Shown: positions 36,201-49,758 of the stretch, one piece after another
Layout of the letters: every line of letters begins with the position of its first letter
How positions within the stretch are numbered: position 1 is the stretch's first letter
Source of the DNA: Phoronis australis
Taxonomy: Eukaryota > Animalia > Phoronida
NCBI GenBank assembly: GCA_002633005.1
Contig: NMRA01000063.1
Coordinates: 542,427 to 606,426 of the forward strand
Reading direction: 5' to 3'
DNA: 64,000 nt
Position numbers and translations under genes: made by a program
Notes under the pieces: generated by a model
The model's input: only the letters and a program-made list of their open reading frames with translations
Databases searched by the model: none
Told to the model about the DNA's origin: nothing

Positions 36201-39200
36201 CTCCTATTTATAGCATACATACTGCTTTTTGCAACTCAGTTTAATTGTACTTTATAAGAAGCAACTGTCCATAGTTAACTGTACTTCATAAGATGCAGCT
36301 GTCCATAGTTAACTGTACTTTATAAGAAGCAACTGTCCATAGTTAACTGTACTTTATAAGAAGCATCTGTCCATAGTTAACTATATAAGAGTAATAATTA
36401 TGCTTAACTAAATTAGTAATAAAAACAATCATGCCATATACTCACCAGCTCTATGTGTGTTAGTTGGTGAGCCATGATCAGTGGACTGGGTGCGACCTCA
36501 TAGATGTCTGTCTGCAAACAGCATCAATGCACAGTAAGACAAAATGAATGTTAATAAACAGCTAGCAATAGAAGCAGTGGCAAGACTCCAGCAGTACTTG
36601 TGACAACAGGCCAGTTTGGTTCAAGCCTACTTTTAAATACTGAATACTACTAACTTGTCTCAAATGACAGAATTAATTACAAGTGAGAACTAACAATTGT
36701 TTATCACACTCAAAAGCATGATCAGATTGGCTTGTTTCCATGGAAACTGAAGAGCACAGATGCTTCAATTCCATGTTGACCTCTGGTGCCTAACTGAAGT
36801 ATCTCCTTGAATCTGACATCAACATGTTGAAGAAAACACTTGTCCACTTGAATTATCTAACCCTGAATATGAGATGGTCATGGCGAGGGCAGGCTCACAG
36901 TGGCAATGAACAACTTCCTGTAGTTATACACCATTGAGCAAACAACTGGAGTCAAACACAGGCTAGAATTACAAGGCTGAGAAACGTTCAGTGACCAGAC
37001 TAAAAATATTATGACCAGACGACTGAATCCACCTGTTCACCAAACATTAGGATGAGTATACAATTTAGCATGCAAGGCCAAGAAATAATTCAGTAAAAAG
37101 ACTAAATATAATTGTAGCAAGATCACTGAAGCCAGCTTATGACAGCTGCTCCCTTTGGAAAGCCCCAAAATCTAAATTTCAAATGAAGACAAAACAGGTT
37201 TGAAATCGTCACTCCACATATGGCGTGGAAACATTCATATTTGAAAACTAGACGTGTTAACTCAAATTATATCACAAGTTGAATTATTTCAAAACAAGAC
37301 TCATCATTTGATAGATGTAACGTGTGTCATAACAGTCCAATTAGTGAGTCAGGCATGTACACCTACAATGATTGTAACCCCATTTGAACATGTTACAGCT
37401 GACTGGACAATATTCATTAATTTGGCACCACTGGACCACATTCATATAGTAACTTTAAACTAAGAAAAATAGGACTTACAGTGGGAACTATATTATTCAG
37501 CCTCTGCGCAGCTTCGTTATTTATCCTTGAAAGCAGCTCCTCATACCTCTGTAGTCCAGCCAACTGCAAAGCAAAACCTAAGTTTACAACAATGTATTCA
37601 ACATAACTCAACTAGAGCATACAGTCTGCAGTCTGCACTCATTGAGACTGAAGAGAAAGTCTGCAAACAGTCACCTGTTTTGTGTCAGTTTCATCAGATG
37701 ACCACAAGATGGTTTAGATATTTTGTCTTCTTTTAAACTATTTGCTCATCTACTGTTGGAAGAAGTATAATGAGATAATGTACTAGACAGACACATGGAG
37801 AGAGGTAACACACAGTTCTTAACACAGGATGCTGTAGTGTTTTTGAACCGACACCTTCAACAGTATGTGTATAGACCATACACGTCTCAACATTCACTAT
37901 TAAGATGGGCACCCACAAACTATGCATGACTGCATCGGCTGGTGATTAAAACACCAACAGGCCAAAGGTGATGTACCTTTGTGACAAGATTGTGCATGAG
38001 AAGACCAATATCCTTGCGAAGTTCTGGGTAGATCTTCACTAGTCTTTGGGTAATGTCTTTGAGATGCTTCATCATGCGTTCGTCTCGGAAGTCATAGGGA
38101 AACATTTCTGTCCAGTCACTAGAAACAAACAGAACACATTAATTCTGTGTGCACACAGCTGCAATTACAATTTCATTTCAGGGCGGGAAACCTGCAATTT
38201 CACATAAAAATTGACAAAGCATTGTTTTCTATTTCACAAAGGAAGTCAGTAACCTAGCTGCAAATGGTTTAAAGTTTGTTGACAACATTCAGCAGAAATG
38301 TTCTTTTAGACAAGTACTTTTACTATAGAGCTCTCTTTTGGATGCCCAAAGTTTGAGATTATTTAAAATACCGAAAAACGCCTCTGAACTCCTACCCAGA
38401 CATAGTACAATGACAAAAGTTTAAGTATTGACTACATTTATATTAAAATTTGTGACAAACACTAACAAAACAAAATGAAAGCACTATGAAGAGTGACACT
38501 TGGCGAAAGAAATTAAAAAATTAAAGGTGAGATCAACGATGAAACCAAGAACATATAAAATCATGACCCCTACGCTGATCAGATAAGAATTGCGATCTCT
38601 TACATGCAAGCAAAGAAACAAAGAAACAAAAATACAGCAAACATCAGTCGGTAAAGGAACAGCGTCATCAGAAAACCCGAATAATTAAAAAAGAGACATT
38701 ATAGCGAAAAATGGAAAACATCTTCTGAAAGCTTGTTCAAAACTCTAATAGAGTAGTTTCACAAAATTCCACAAAACTTTCGAAAAATTTAAAATTCTGC
38801 AATTCTTTTAAATAACTCAAAAAATGTTAGTGTTCATTTGAAAGATTGTACTTTAGAGAATCCACAAATTGCCATCATTTACTCTTCCTGCTCAAATTGC
38901 ACACAGTAGTACACATCTGCTACAGACTTTCAGTCATGTACATCAAAAATTGCAGCCCCTAAGAGCATTTGAATCTTAATTTAAGGCAAAAATGGCCGCC
39001 ACGCCCGCAATCTTGAATCCGATAACGACGAAAAACAACAGTCTTCCTGCTATTCTGGAACTAGAGGCTGTGGGTGAATTTCGTGAGAAAATTTGCGAAG
39101 TAAAAATGGAATAGACAACACAAGAAGTTACCTGAGTAGACGAATCATGTAGATGCCAAACTTGCCTAGCGACTCTTTATTCACCTGGTCCTGAGTCAGG

Positions 39201-40243
39201 TTCTGTTGATATGAACACAGTTGACAAACTTCACCGAGCAGGTCATGTGGTTTGATGAAGAGACGAGAGTTGAGTAGGAATGCAAAGCTGTATGTCCTCT
39301 GGAAACCAACATGCGTGAAATAAGCGATTTACATTGGCATAGGTCTCGAAGCTATAATCTTCCTGAAGCCGTTTGAATTATTTTTTTCAAAAAGTGAAGT
39401 GTTTACACTAATTAAATTAATCAGAGGCGGATTTAGGAGGGTGGCCATGCTTTCCCTCTAAAATTCTCCCAAATTCCACTCGGCAGTTCGGGAGTGCGAA
39501 TTTCTGACGGGCAAAATCCTGGCTAATACTCTTCCCTGCTCCCCACCTTGGATCCGCCCCTGTGAATCTCTTGAAGTCAGGTTTTCTACTTTTGTATCTC
39601 TGCTCTGAATGTAATGCCACTATCAAGTGGCAACTCTCTTGTGGTCTTTCCAGGACACGAGAATTTATTTTATATCGTCCATAAAAATCTGTGTTTGACA
39701 AGTGCTGTAAAGGCTGTGCAAAAAGTAAGTCGACATGATACGACATACGAGAATAGCAAAAATCAATCTGGACACTGGTAAAACAACTGCAGTGATCCCG
39801 TTTCACATGGCTTGTTCCCAGAGGTAATTAATGGTCATGTTATTTCCGACACACCAATAGCCTCAGGAGAAGGGAGGTATGAAAAAACAAGCAGATGTTA
39901 CTAATGTAAAGAAACACACATTAGTGGTTTTCTTGACCACCTCCATTTAACAGATGTTTTGTAGCAAACCGTATTAACAGTAGTCTTCAATTTATGACAA
40001 AATGAATTTCACTATGGCAAATTTCTCAATCAAAGTAGCTATTTGTATGGTTCGCACTTTCAGCCATCATCAATATTTGGAGCTATGTTAGAATTACAAC
40101 CAGTCATCATTGTAGAAATTATTTAACTGCAATGTGCAAACAATCTCACGTACATCAGGACAGTAGTCAGGTGTTGGTACAAGATGTTGTGTTAATGACT
40201 CCATTGAACCAGCTATAAGGTGGCCCTCCTGGTACAAGAGACC
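30190..40243 (-). CDS. RASGEF1B: Ras-GEF domain-containing family 1 protein (RASGEF1A/B/C-like; REM plus CDC25 domains), start exon not located; complement(join(30190..30208,30689..30761,31197..31263,31876..31960,32801..32868,33378..33656,34564..34728,36446..36511,37480..37563,37977..38118,39132..39298,40154..40243))
   Basis: The spliced translation contains WTEMFPYDFRDERMM, QLTHIELERLSNIGPEEFVQAF, WFNRLSYFVATEIC, GNFNSLMAII, IVIPFFSL and NFEKFWQLAKQ, matching recalled RASGEF1 family sequence. All introns are GT-AG with consistent phases. The paralog letter is not resolvable in an invertebrate. Confidence 0.93.
30689..30761 (-). CDS. RASGEF1B: RasGEF1 exon (LSLASFECEPPENNFEKERHKQL)
   Basis: tttcag acceptor and gtaagt donor. 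Confidence 0.9.
31197..31263 (-). CDS. RASGEF1B: RasGEF1 exon (CPFQRQPPVLNYVLTNPVFTEN)
   Basis: ttgcag acceptor and gtaagt donor. Confidence 0.9.
31876..31960 (-). CDS. RASGEF1B: RasGEF1 exon (IQNGLINFEKFWQLAKQITEFINWRQVE)
   Basis: tttcag acceptor and gtaagt donor. Confidence 0.94.
32801..32868 (-). CDS. RASGEF1B: RasGEF1 exon (IVIPFFSLFVKDMYFLNEGCSN); acceptor present in three copies
   Basis: gttacag acceptor and gtaagt donor; only the copy starting at 32868 keeps the reading frame. Confidence 0.9.
32825..32998 (-). repeat. 56-bp tandem triplication spanning a RasGEF1 splice acceptor
   Basis: AAGTACATGTCTTTG... at 32825, 32881 and 32937. Confidence 0.95.
33064..33248. repeat. ~91-bp tandem duplication
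   Basis: CTTTTAAGGCATTGTGCTCTGCG... occurs twice. Confidence 0.85.
33378..33656 (-). CDS. RASGEF1B: RasGEF1 exon, CDC25 core (HLKKKHRVRMIEYFIDVAKECVNIGNFNSLMAII...)
   Basis: tttcag acceptor and gtgagt donor; 279 nt. Confidence 0.95.
33982..34239. repeat. 37-bp minisatellite, 7 copies
   Basis: Unit AGTGAAGAATTAAGGTAGTATGAGTATTATAGTCAGT. Confidence 0.96.
34564..34728 (-). CDS. RASGEF1B: RasGEF1 exon (ERLSNIGPEEFVQAF...WFNRLSYFVATEICM)
   Basis: ttgcag acceptor and gtgagt donor. Confidence 0.95.
35143..35263. repeat. 63-bp tandem duplication
   Basis: GTAATGCTCAGTATGTTTCTCTC... occurs twice. Confidence 0.9.
36238..36382. repeat. 34-bp tandem repeat, ~4 copies
   Basis: Unit AGTTAACTGTACTTTATAAGAAGCAACTGTCCAT. 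Confidence 0.92.
36446..36511 (-). CDS. RASGEF1B: RasGEF1 exon (TDIYEVAPSPLIMAHQLTHIEL)
   Basis: tttgcag acceptor and gtgagt donor. Confidence 0.92.
37480..37563 (-). CDS. RASGEF1B: RasGEF1 exon (LAGLQRYEELLSRINNEAAQRLNNIVPT)
   Basis: tttgcag acceptor and gtaagt donor. Confidence 0.9.
37977..38118 (-). CDS. RASGEF1B: RasGEF1 exon (DWTEMFPYDFRDERMMKHLK...)
   Basis: tttctag acceptor and gtacat donor. Confidence 0.94.
39132..39298 (-). CDS. RASGEF1B: RasGEF1 exon (RTYSFAFLLNSRLFIKPHDLL...)
   Basis: ttccag acceptor and gtaact donor. Confidence 0.92.
39422..39562. mobile_element. 141-bp hAT-like MITE
   Basis: CAGAGGCGGATTTAGG...CTTGGATCCGCCCCTG; 5-bp flanks TTAAT/TGAAT. Confidence 0.6.
40154..40243 (-). 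CDS. RASGEF1B: RasGEF1 exon (GLLYQEGHLIAGSMESLTQHLVPTPDYCPD), start of the REM domain
   Basis: tttcag acceptor and gtacgt donor on the - strand; 90 nt. Confidence 0.9.
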
Positions 40244-43200
40244 CTGAAACATGAAATCATCAAAGGTCATGCATATAAAAGTAGTGTTTACTGGGGATCA
40301 GTACAATGGCACATCAGTGCTCACAGCACTGTAAACAGTATTTGTAGTTTTAGGAAGGTAGTGAGTCATCAGACAACATCTATTGTTAAGAAGCTGGAAT
40401 ACTAATGCAAGATAGGGATTAGCATAGCATACTGAACAAATGAGGGACAAGTACTCTTGGTATTGTGGGTAAATATCACCACAGAATCAGAGAAGGGACT
40501 GTGGTATTCTCAGGGCTATACAAACTACCAGACCATACAATCACAATCATATTGTCTTTTGATTCAATGACATCAATGGATCTGTTAGTTAACAGCAAAT
40601 CAACAATGAAAACAGTCACTGACAGGTGATAATGTTCCTGTATTCTCTCACTGGTCACATGTTTATTGATGGCTAGCACCCCATCAAATGCTGTCACTCT
40701 AGAAGCAGGCCAATATCCCAGTTGGATATTTGCTATAGATGAAAAACATCAATAAACATTTGCTATCCCATTGCAATATTACTGTAGTTCTATTTCAGTC
40801 CTCAGTTAACACTGGCAATAACAATAATAATAGCAACGACAAAATGATGATAATGATCTGAGATCGTGATAAAGTAAAATTTATTGACACTGTTGAAGTA
40901 CAAACAATAGCATTAAAATGAAAATTTAATGGGAGTTTGTTTGGCTTTGTCAGAATTATTAGCAAAACCAGGACCAGAGGAAAAATTAACATCATTTCAT
41001 GTGACGAAAAAATTTTGCTCTGGTGAAATTAGGATAATTTGAAACATGGGCAGAATTTATAAACATTTTCGAAAACTAGGGTACGGTACGGTATGTTTGA
41101 TTTGGTGACTGGGGGGGGGGGGGNCATTTCCCAGTTGGAGGTTAGACAGTGTTTATCTTTCACTATGAAGAGTTACCTCAAACTGGCAGCATGTCTGGAG
41201 TGGTTTGTGTTAAACCCACGCAGTAAACAGACAAAACTAATTTGATACTTATGCAATAATAGTTCAAGGAGCTGACCAGCGAGATATTGATGGAACAAGA
41301 GATATATATTATGGAAAACACCAGGACTCAATGTGAGAGGATAGTGATGATGTTAATGTGCTGGCAAAAACAGCCTCCATAAAGATAATGTGGAATCTAT
41401 TAGAATGTGTTTCAGACAAACAGCTAAAGTGGCAGGTTAAACAGAAGCCTGCACCAACTACGTCAACCAGTCGATGTTGTGACGCCCCATATGATTAAAG
41501 CAAACAACAAGGGGCTAAAAATGTAGTGGAGTCTGCTGTATGAACACTAGAGCACTTATTGACCCGCTACATCCCCAATTTAAAGTGGGTTAAATGCTCC
41601 AATGCACAATTTGTTGCATTCTTTTTATGTGGCTCTGGATGATAGCACCACTAGGCAAAGTAAACAAACACAGTGGACCACAGGATGACAAAGGTTTCTG
41701 CTTAATTAATCGGCGTGATTCATTTCATGAACATACATTGGACATGATAAACTTTATGAATTACTAGAAGTTTAATAGTTTACGGAATGGTAAAATCTCA
41801 CTAATTTCAGTTGCCAAATCGCTTTTTTAATTTTCCAAAACGATTCTACCATTGTTGAGAATGCCACAATACTTTTTAAAATGAAAACTCACAAATTTTC
41901 AAAATATTGTCAATTACGCCCAGCTTTACAGTCAGGTTTCTTCAAATTACAACGAAACTAATTGACAAAATTGTCATTTTATCATTTTTCAAAAGCTCAC
42001 ACTGCCTTTGTTGTTGTCTCCTACGAAAGATTTTTTACTGTAGCAAAACAACATATTAGTTTGGTGAGTTACAAGCCATCAACAAACCTTGGATAACAAG
42101 AATAACAAAAACCCATTACAGTAAGCAGACATAACCTCACACTTCTAAGGTGTTGCCTCAGTTGGGAATATGTGCACATGCATGCTACATACAATGGTCC
42201 CCTGTGCTAGACATTCAGTCAGTATGTTACATCCTGTGTGAATCTGGTATGGCCAGGACAAGACTGTGCTTACCTCTTTATGATCAACACCCTTCACACC
42301 ATTGGCTAGGTATCCATTACCCATCTCAAACAGATGCATCAAGCCAGACATCTGAGGCCCAATGCTCTGCTACAAAACAAACAGCAATCATACAACTAAC
42401 AGCTAACATTGCATGAATCTAAACCTACTTACACGGTAACAAAAATAAACAATAGGCCTAACTACCACTGAATAACTACCAATTGGAATAATCAATCTAA
42501 ATTAAAACTTTTTAACTCACAATTTCTGTGCTTGCCGTTGTATACAACAGGATAAGTTATAGAAATGGAACAAATTTCAACATTAAAATTCAGTATGATA
42601 TGATCAGGTCCTAATATTTCTTCGAAGGAGCTGAACATTATCAAACATCTCACACACATCCTTCCATACACCCACCACTTGTTAACTGTGCGACCATGAG
42701 GAAATTCAATTTTCAACGGACGTTATTTTTCAAATGATTCAAAGTTTTGGTGCAGGTAAAAGCGCCAAGTAGTCTAGATGAAGCTTACTGACAACAATGT
42801 TTTTCCACAAGAGTTCAACAAAACTGATGCATCAAAGATTCGAGAAAGATTAATGATACTTTTATTCACTTATGTACAATTTGCACAGCAACATTATAAA
42901 CAACAAGAGTCCTCAATCTCCTCACAGTATACATCTCTACGAAGGCTTTCACAAAATCAGCCAAAACCACTTTAAATAGTAGACATAACAGTCATTTACT
43001 GAAATATTTCTGTAATTTTTAAGACCTAATTAATACCGCTCCATCTGTAGATATTTCGGCTGTCATGTTTGACAAGTAGCCAAAACTATATCAATTCTCA
43101 CTTGAAAAAGTTGCTGGCACTATGAACAGTTAACTTTGGTCCAGGATCAAAGTTAACAGCACCGGTTAACTTTGTAATAAATAGGTGGATTTAACAGCGG

Positions 43201-43755
43201 AGTGTCGATGATGCAGTGCGGTAAAAAGGGTCAACTTTGGTCCCAACAAAGTTATCACCAGGAACCACTGTTATCGTCAACAACTGTAGGGCAGTGTCAT
43301 TGCAAATAGTAGCCTATATTTTGCTAGAATAATCACCAAATGAATGATAAGTTTAATGTCAGTTAGCACGTGTAAATGTTCTCAAACTGACACATTAAAA
43401 AAATCTTAGCACGCACACAATCAGCGCTACCTTGCGAATACTTCAATGTCTGTTAACTACTGAAACTGGTAAGAATGGGTCAGTTAACTTTGCAGTTTAC
43501 GTTGACGTTCTGCTCAGACTGGAGTTAAGTTAGTATAAAAGAGCCTTAAAACAAAAACCTGACATTTATAAACTTAACAAATTAATCAGATTTACCTCAG
43601 TGCCAAAAACAGGAGTGTGGCTAAGGTATTGATTAACTGACATACTTCAACTAAACCTCATTAACAGTAATGACATGTAGTTGACTATTTATGAGCATGT
43701 TGAATGTTGAACAACAGTCTTCATACTGTTGTCATTAATGATTCCAACAGACAAT

Positions 43756-43889
43756 AAAAGTGGAGCACACAGGTTCCTCTTCAAAATGGCTACTGGAACC
43801 AGAGTCACTGAGTTATGGACATTGCCGTTATTCAGTGAAAACTGATTCTCAGCAGCCATTTTGAAGAAGGACTTGTTTATTCAACTTTT
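43756..43889. mobile_element. Degenerate palindromic MITE
   Basis: Inverted arms AAAAGT...CTTCAAAATGGCT and AGCCATTTTGAAG...ACTTTT. Confidence 0.5.
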
Positions 43890-45589
43890 AGTCAACAGAC
43901 AGTGACAAGGACATTAAATGCATCACTAATTAGACGCAATATGATTATAATAAATAACACTCTCACATCGAATATCTAAATAGATCTAAAACAGAGGGGT
44001 GTTCACCACCATCCTAGCATTTGTAGAACAAAACTCCCACATTGACTACTGCAATGTACAGATGTTTTAAGATATAAAACAGAAAGTTGTTCACCACCAT
44101 CCTGACCATTGATCAGAATTTTAAGCAACTTCTGTCAGATTAAAACTCATCAAGAACAGCAGAGTTTCAAAAAACACTAAACTGTTACACAAATGAACAA
44201 ACAAAACCATTAGCCAAGATAATAAAAAAAGTATTACCACATTTCTATACAGGCAAAAACATGTAACTTGTCATACTAACCCTGGATAATGCAGCACCTG
44301 CTATAGTAAACTGAGGAGAGTAATCCTTGCCCATGGCAATCACTTGTTAATAAAAGGTTGTAAGTCTCTCTCTTGGTATGCTTTTTGAACCAACATATAC
44401 TCCTTGTAATACAGCAGTTAACACCAAAGGACTGATAGCATGATGTTTGTATTGTGAATACAACAGGTTTATATACACATCTCCATGCTCACTGTATTGA
44501 AACTTTGGGACCAATCCAGTCTTTTGCTGTTTCCCCAAGCAGAATGATAACCAATGAGTCATGAGCTTCCTTTTAGATACCACTTGTATATTCAGCATAT
44601 GTTTATGATGACGAAATATAGACTCTTCCGCTTCAGGGGGTGTAAGGACATTGGAACTGGTCCAATGAAATGCCCTATTTCACTATCATGCAGCTGTGGA
44701 TTTATGTGCATAAAAGTTTTTTAGAATTATTTTAAAGGTGTAGGCCTATTTTGCATGACCTAATTCTAAACCAGCACTGTTGAACACAATTGCTGTGGCC
44801 CCTAACAGCAAGTTCCTCACAATGTTTTGGGGGGGTGAAATGTTCAAAGGTTGAAAGGTTGTATACAAGTTAAGTATAACATACTCCACAAGCCTGAGAT
44901 GTTTCAGAGCCACAACAGATACAACAAAACAAGATAAATGTCCTAATATTAGGTTTATAACATTCATTGAATATCATCAAAGTTCAGTCACAAGCTGGTT
45001 TTTATTGTCATCTTTTAACAGAGTCTTCATTAATATGAGACACATCAGTCAGTCAAGAATCATTAATACATGCATCTGTAACAAGTTTCTCCACTGAACA
45101 GATAAGCAGGTTCACCAATCAGCATCTTGGAATATCTGAAATCAAACAGACCAGGGTGTTCCAGTCTTAGGTGAATGTGCCCACAAAATAATGCAAACAT
45201 TCTAAACACTTTTTTGTGCACAGGGTGGCCTGAAAAAGTTTGCTTTTCATTGCCAGTTGTAAGTAGTAACAGTTGTCATGGTAACCTTTATAGTTTTTAA
45301 GAGTGGTTCATCAACAAGCACCATCTCAGGTCCAGATACACTGTACTGTTGTCATTATCACTTGAAGCTGCCTTTAATTTCACAAGATTTCTGTGAAATG
45401 GCCAAGCACGCACTTAGGGGAATTCCCTGAAGTACTGCAATAAACGCTTATGGATAGCACCTGCTAGTTTAGAAACTTTTAAAAAATGCAAAACAAATAC
45501 AAAGAAATGTAGAAAACACACCAAAGAGGAACCATACTAGGATCTGCTTGTTTCAGTATTTTAAAAAAACGAAGATGGAAAAATGAAAG

Positions 45590-46210
45590 TGCATGAGCCA
45601 GCAACACTTTCCGTTATTTGATTGTTTAGTATGACGTCATTTTGAATCCATTCAAATAAAATCAAAAGGCCAAATTTACATACAATAATGATAACTAGGC
45701 CAGATTTACATACCCCTGTTAATTTTTTATGCACTTCAAACTCCTTATAGGCAAAACAACTACAGCTCTGCAAAACTTAAGCGGCCGTCACAGTGTGCCA
45801 TCTTTGTCTTCTTTCAACCCAAAATAATTTGCATGTTTAGTGATGATGTATCTGCCTCAGTGCTGCGATTTGGATCCACAAATAGGAATAGAAATGAAAT
45901 CACAACACATTTTCGAAGTTAATTTAACACTTAATTTTTACCAAATTATGAGTTTGGATAAATCCGTGTGTTATCCGACAACGGTTGCACCCATTGTATG
46001 GTCCCAGGGTGTTGAGAAGGATTAAGCTTGACCAGGTCCATACTCAGGTAATAATTTTCGAAGTACGAAGTAATTTACAGAGTCACGTAATTTGGATTAG
46101 TTATTTTTATTTTTAATTTTGTCATAATTAATTTAACTGGGTCTACAACGTCAAAATGACGTCATGCTAACAAGTGAATAGGCATCGAGCTTTGACAAAT
46201 GTCACGTTAA
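45590..46210. mobile_element. Old foldback/MITE remnant
   Basis: Inverted pair TGTTTAGTATGACGTCATTTTGA (~45622) and TCAAAATGACGTCATGCTAACA (~46151); termini unresolved. Confidence 0.4.
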
Positions 46211-47125
46211 TCAGACAGCCTGTCACAGGTGTCAATCAACAAGAAAGTGAAGAAAGATCAGCAAAATAATGTTCTTAGAATATCTTGGTATCATCAAGTG
46301 GCAGCAAGAAATGAACTATTATACTTCTTGATAACATTTATTCATACTTAGCTTCAGATAATCTGTCAAAAATGCCTGAACAATGGCTCTGTAAAGAGAA
46401 AGATAAAAAATGGCTACCACAATGCTATCTTGCATCTGATTTCAGCCAAAAACAAACATTGAGCTATTGACAAGACCTGTGCTACCTGTAAATTTCATGG
46501 TGATAGGATTAGACAATGGCCTGTCACTAACAAAAGCAAATGACAGTATCATAGGAAAAATAAAATTATAATTTATGACAATCCAGAATATTTAAGCATG
46601 ACGCACAATGACAATTCCCTTCTCTCCCAAAAATTAGCATATAAACCAGACAAACTCACATGAGTGACTCACATGCAACAGGCTTCACCAAGAGGAGACC
46701 AATTTATCTATGAATACACAAAAAGCGTTCATCTGAGGCAGAAATCTTCATGAATGAGATAGGAATAGCTGAGGGATCAAAATTATAATAACCAGGGGCA
46801 CAGATGAAGCTAATAAAGATGTTTTTAGCATCTGTGTTAAGACGCATAAACAACCTGTCAGCTGATTAAGTGCGGACATTTAAAGTCAATTAAAACACAG
46901 GAGCACTGGTGAGAAAGAAGCAAAACTTTCAAGTAACTAATGGGATTATGCATACATGCTCTCCAAGCATAATTGACTCCATACAAAATTTTGGCAAGAT
47001 TTCAAAGATGTCTGGAAAGAACAGCAAGCAAGAATCAGCCAAGTTAAAGACTGATGAAAATGCAAGGAATCCTTCTTTTAAGACAATAATCTACTAGTAC
47101 ACTTCAATTGAAATCACACCTAAAA

Positions 47126-47584
47126 ACATAAAAACTAGACCAGTTTACATTGAAATATACACATAAAAACTAGACCAGTTTACATTGAAATATACACATA
47201 AAATCTAGACCAGTTTACATTGAAATATACACATAAAAACTAGACCAGTTTACATTGAAATATACACATAAAAACTAGACCAGTTTACATTGAAATATAC
47301 ACATAAAAACTATACCAGTTTACATTGAAATATACACATAAAATCTAGACCAGTTTACAGTGAAATATACACATAAAAACTAGACCAGTTTACATTGAAA
47401 TATACACATAAAATCTAGACCAGTTTACATTGAAATATACACATAAAAACTAGACCAGTTTACATTGAAATATACACATAAAAACTAGACCAGTTTACAT
47501 TGAAATATACACATAAAAACTAGACCAGTTTACATTGAAATATACACATAAAAACTAGACCAGTTTACATTGAAATATACACAT
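47126..47584. repeat. 35-bp minisatellite, ~13 copies
   Basis: Unit ACATAAAAACTAGACCAGTTTACATTGAAATATAC. Confidence 0.97.
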
Positions 47585-48256
47585 CTTCACAGAATAGTAA
47601 CTGATGAATTAAAGTTCATCCAAGTTTACTCAACACTGGACTTAATATTGATTTCAGCAAAATATCATCAATTTCGTACATAGTTTCTAAACTTTCCCTT
47701 TTTGATATTCAAAAGGTTCTAAAACTGTTATGAACGTCTCTAATCAGCTTCACAACAGTGTATGATGGAATCTACAGTACAAAATTTGCAATTGTGTTAA
47801 CACGCGATGCTCCCTATAATCAGAAAAATGTGAAAATAGGGACTTCCTATTATCTCGAAAAGAGCGAGATACTAGTACCATATTTGCATGAAGTTTGAAA
47901 GCTTATTTGAAGCACGCAAGAGAAACGTTGGGTGACTCCCCTACATAACCTTAGTGGGGAAACTCATTGGAAATGGACTAATGACATTTAGCCATTATCA
48001 CAGTAGGATGTATGCCAAGGAAACGAAACAAAACCCGTGACATAGATGACTAGGAAGTAATGACAAAATGCAAGCATTCAGCTGATGATGAAAACTTATC
48101 AAACTTTCCCTTTCTTTCAAAATCTCAATGGAATAATTGTAGTAGTCAATAATGAACAAAGCGCACAACTGAATTCTTTAATAAAAAGCATTTCATTCAC
48201 TGCCAGACTATTACCACACAACCACAAGGTGCAACTGAGCAATGGACATCGTCTAT

Positions 48257-48762
48257 AGTCCTTTTCCATATAGTTAACTTTACTAAAACTGAAGTTAACT
48301 CTGATTAATCTCGAAGTTAAGTGTGAGTGTTCACATCAATTTCGGAGTTATGGTTCAGTGAAGTCATCCAGTTAATATGACATTCCCCTTTTGCAATGAA
48401 CTCTCAAACCTTCAGTGGTTTTTATTTGTTTTTACGGAAAGAATCCAGCAAAAACGTGGACAAACTACAACACAATGCATATAATGCCAAAATGAAAAAT
48501 ATTGGAACAAAATATTAACGAATGTTAACCAGTTACCTCCCGCTGTTGGCAAACGCAGTGACACCTGCCAATAACTCCGATGGCATCGAACCTAAGTGTT
48601 CTCAATACACGGAAGCCTCGACGCTTTGCTGTTAAACCCCCCTCTTAACTTCGGAGTTAACTACTGGTCTAGTGCTGTTAACTTCAATAAAAGACTAAAG
48701 TTAAGTGTTCCCACTCACTGAAGCTTCAGTAGTACCAACCGTTTGAGGCAGTGGGAAAGGCC
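48257..48762. mobile_element. Degenerate PIF/Harbinger-like MITE
   Basis: Imperfect TIR AGTCCTTTTCCA / TGGGAAAGGCCT with GTTAACT-rich subterminal repeats. Confidence 0.35.
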
Positions 48763-49758
48763 TTTTTGAGAGTACTTCTATAATCCAAGCACACAGTCAG
48801 ATTTTGGATCTAACAAGACTGTTTCATACCAACTTAAATTTGGTACTCATTAGAGTAGGGTTGATGTAAACCATGAGGTTAACTGAATAACAGGCAGAAA
48901 ACTAATCAAAATGTAATCAGAACACAATGGGGAGCCACCAATTCATATATTGATACGCAAGGCCCATTTCAATTTTATTCTTAGTTCCAATTTCCGCCAT
49001 TAACTGTCTTACTACTTATCTTTGAAGAGTATTATTGAGATAACAAATAGCTTATGACTGTTCATTAGTTGAAATGCCATCATATTTAACAATTTATATT
49101 GCAACTTTTACAAAATACAACTGGTATTGTATAATCACATGTTTCCAAACAAAACTAGTTATGGCCAGTACCTCTTCAAAGTCGTCTGCTTAGCCAAGGA
49201 AAACATAGCTTTTGACAAAAATGAAGTAATTTGAAGAACAAGAATCGAATCGAAAATAGTCAAACTCCTCATAAAGAAATCAAATTGAATCAAATTCCTA
49301 AAAAATGTGTATTGTGGTATAATTGAACTTTCACACTGGGTGTGGTACTTGTAAGACATTATTGACATGTATGCACATTCAGCCAAATATCTACAGAACT
49401 ATAGAATTAAACTCAACAAAAGGATACATTCCATAGAATTATTGACTTCATACCATTCTGCCACTAGTAAGATTACACGACCTTATTTTTAGGGAAATAT
49501 TAGCAAAAAACTTATATTCAAAGCAAAACAAGATGAGTAACACGACCAAATTTTGTACGAAATGTTCACAAAGATAAAATGTCAAAAAAGGTGTTACAGT
49601 TTACTACATTATAATTATGTTTTTGTTTTATGCTAATTCAAATTGTTTTCATAGAATTCATGTAACTCATCAATTTTGATAGCCCCTCATGCAAAAGTGG
49701 AACATTTAAAAAACAATTGCTGACAGGTTTTTGAGAGCAGTGGATAAATGTACATTGT

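Noticed and set aside
41440-41672. SINE/L2-type 3' tail
   Set aside because: Too degenerate, with no pol III A/B boxes or second copy found.
44347-44640. Minus-strand ORF as the RasGEF1 first exon
   Set aside because: No family similarity and no convincing phase-0 donor.
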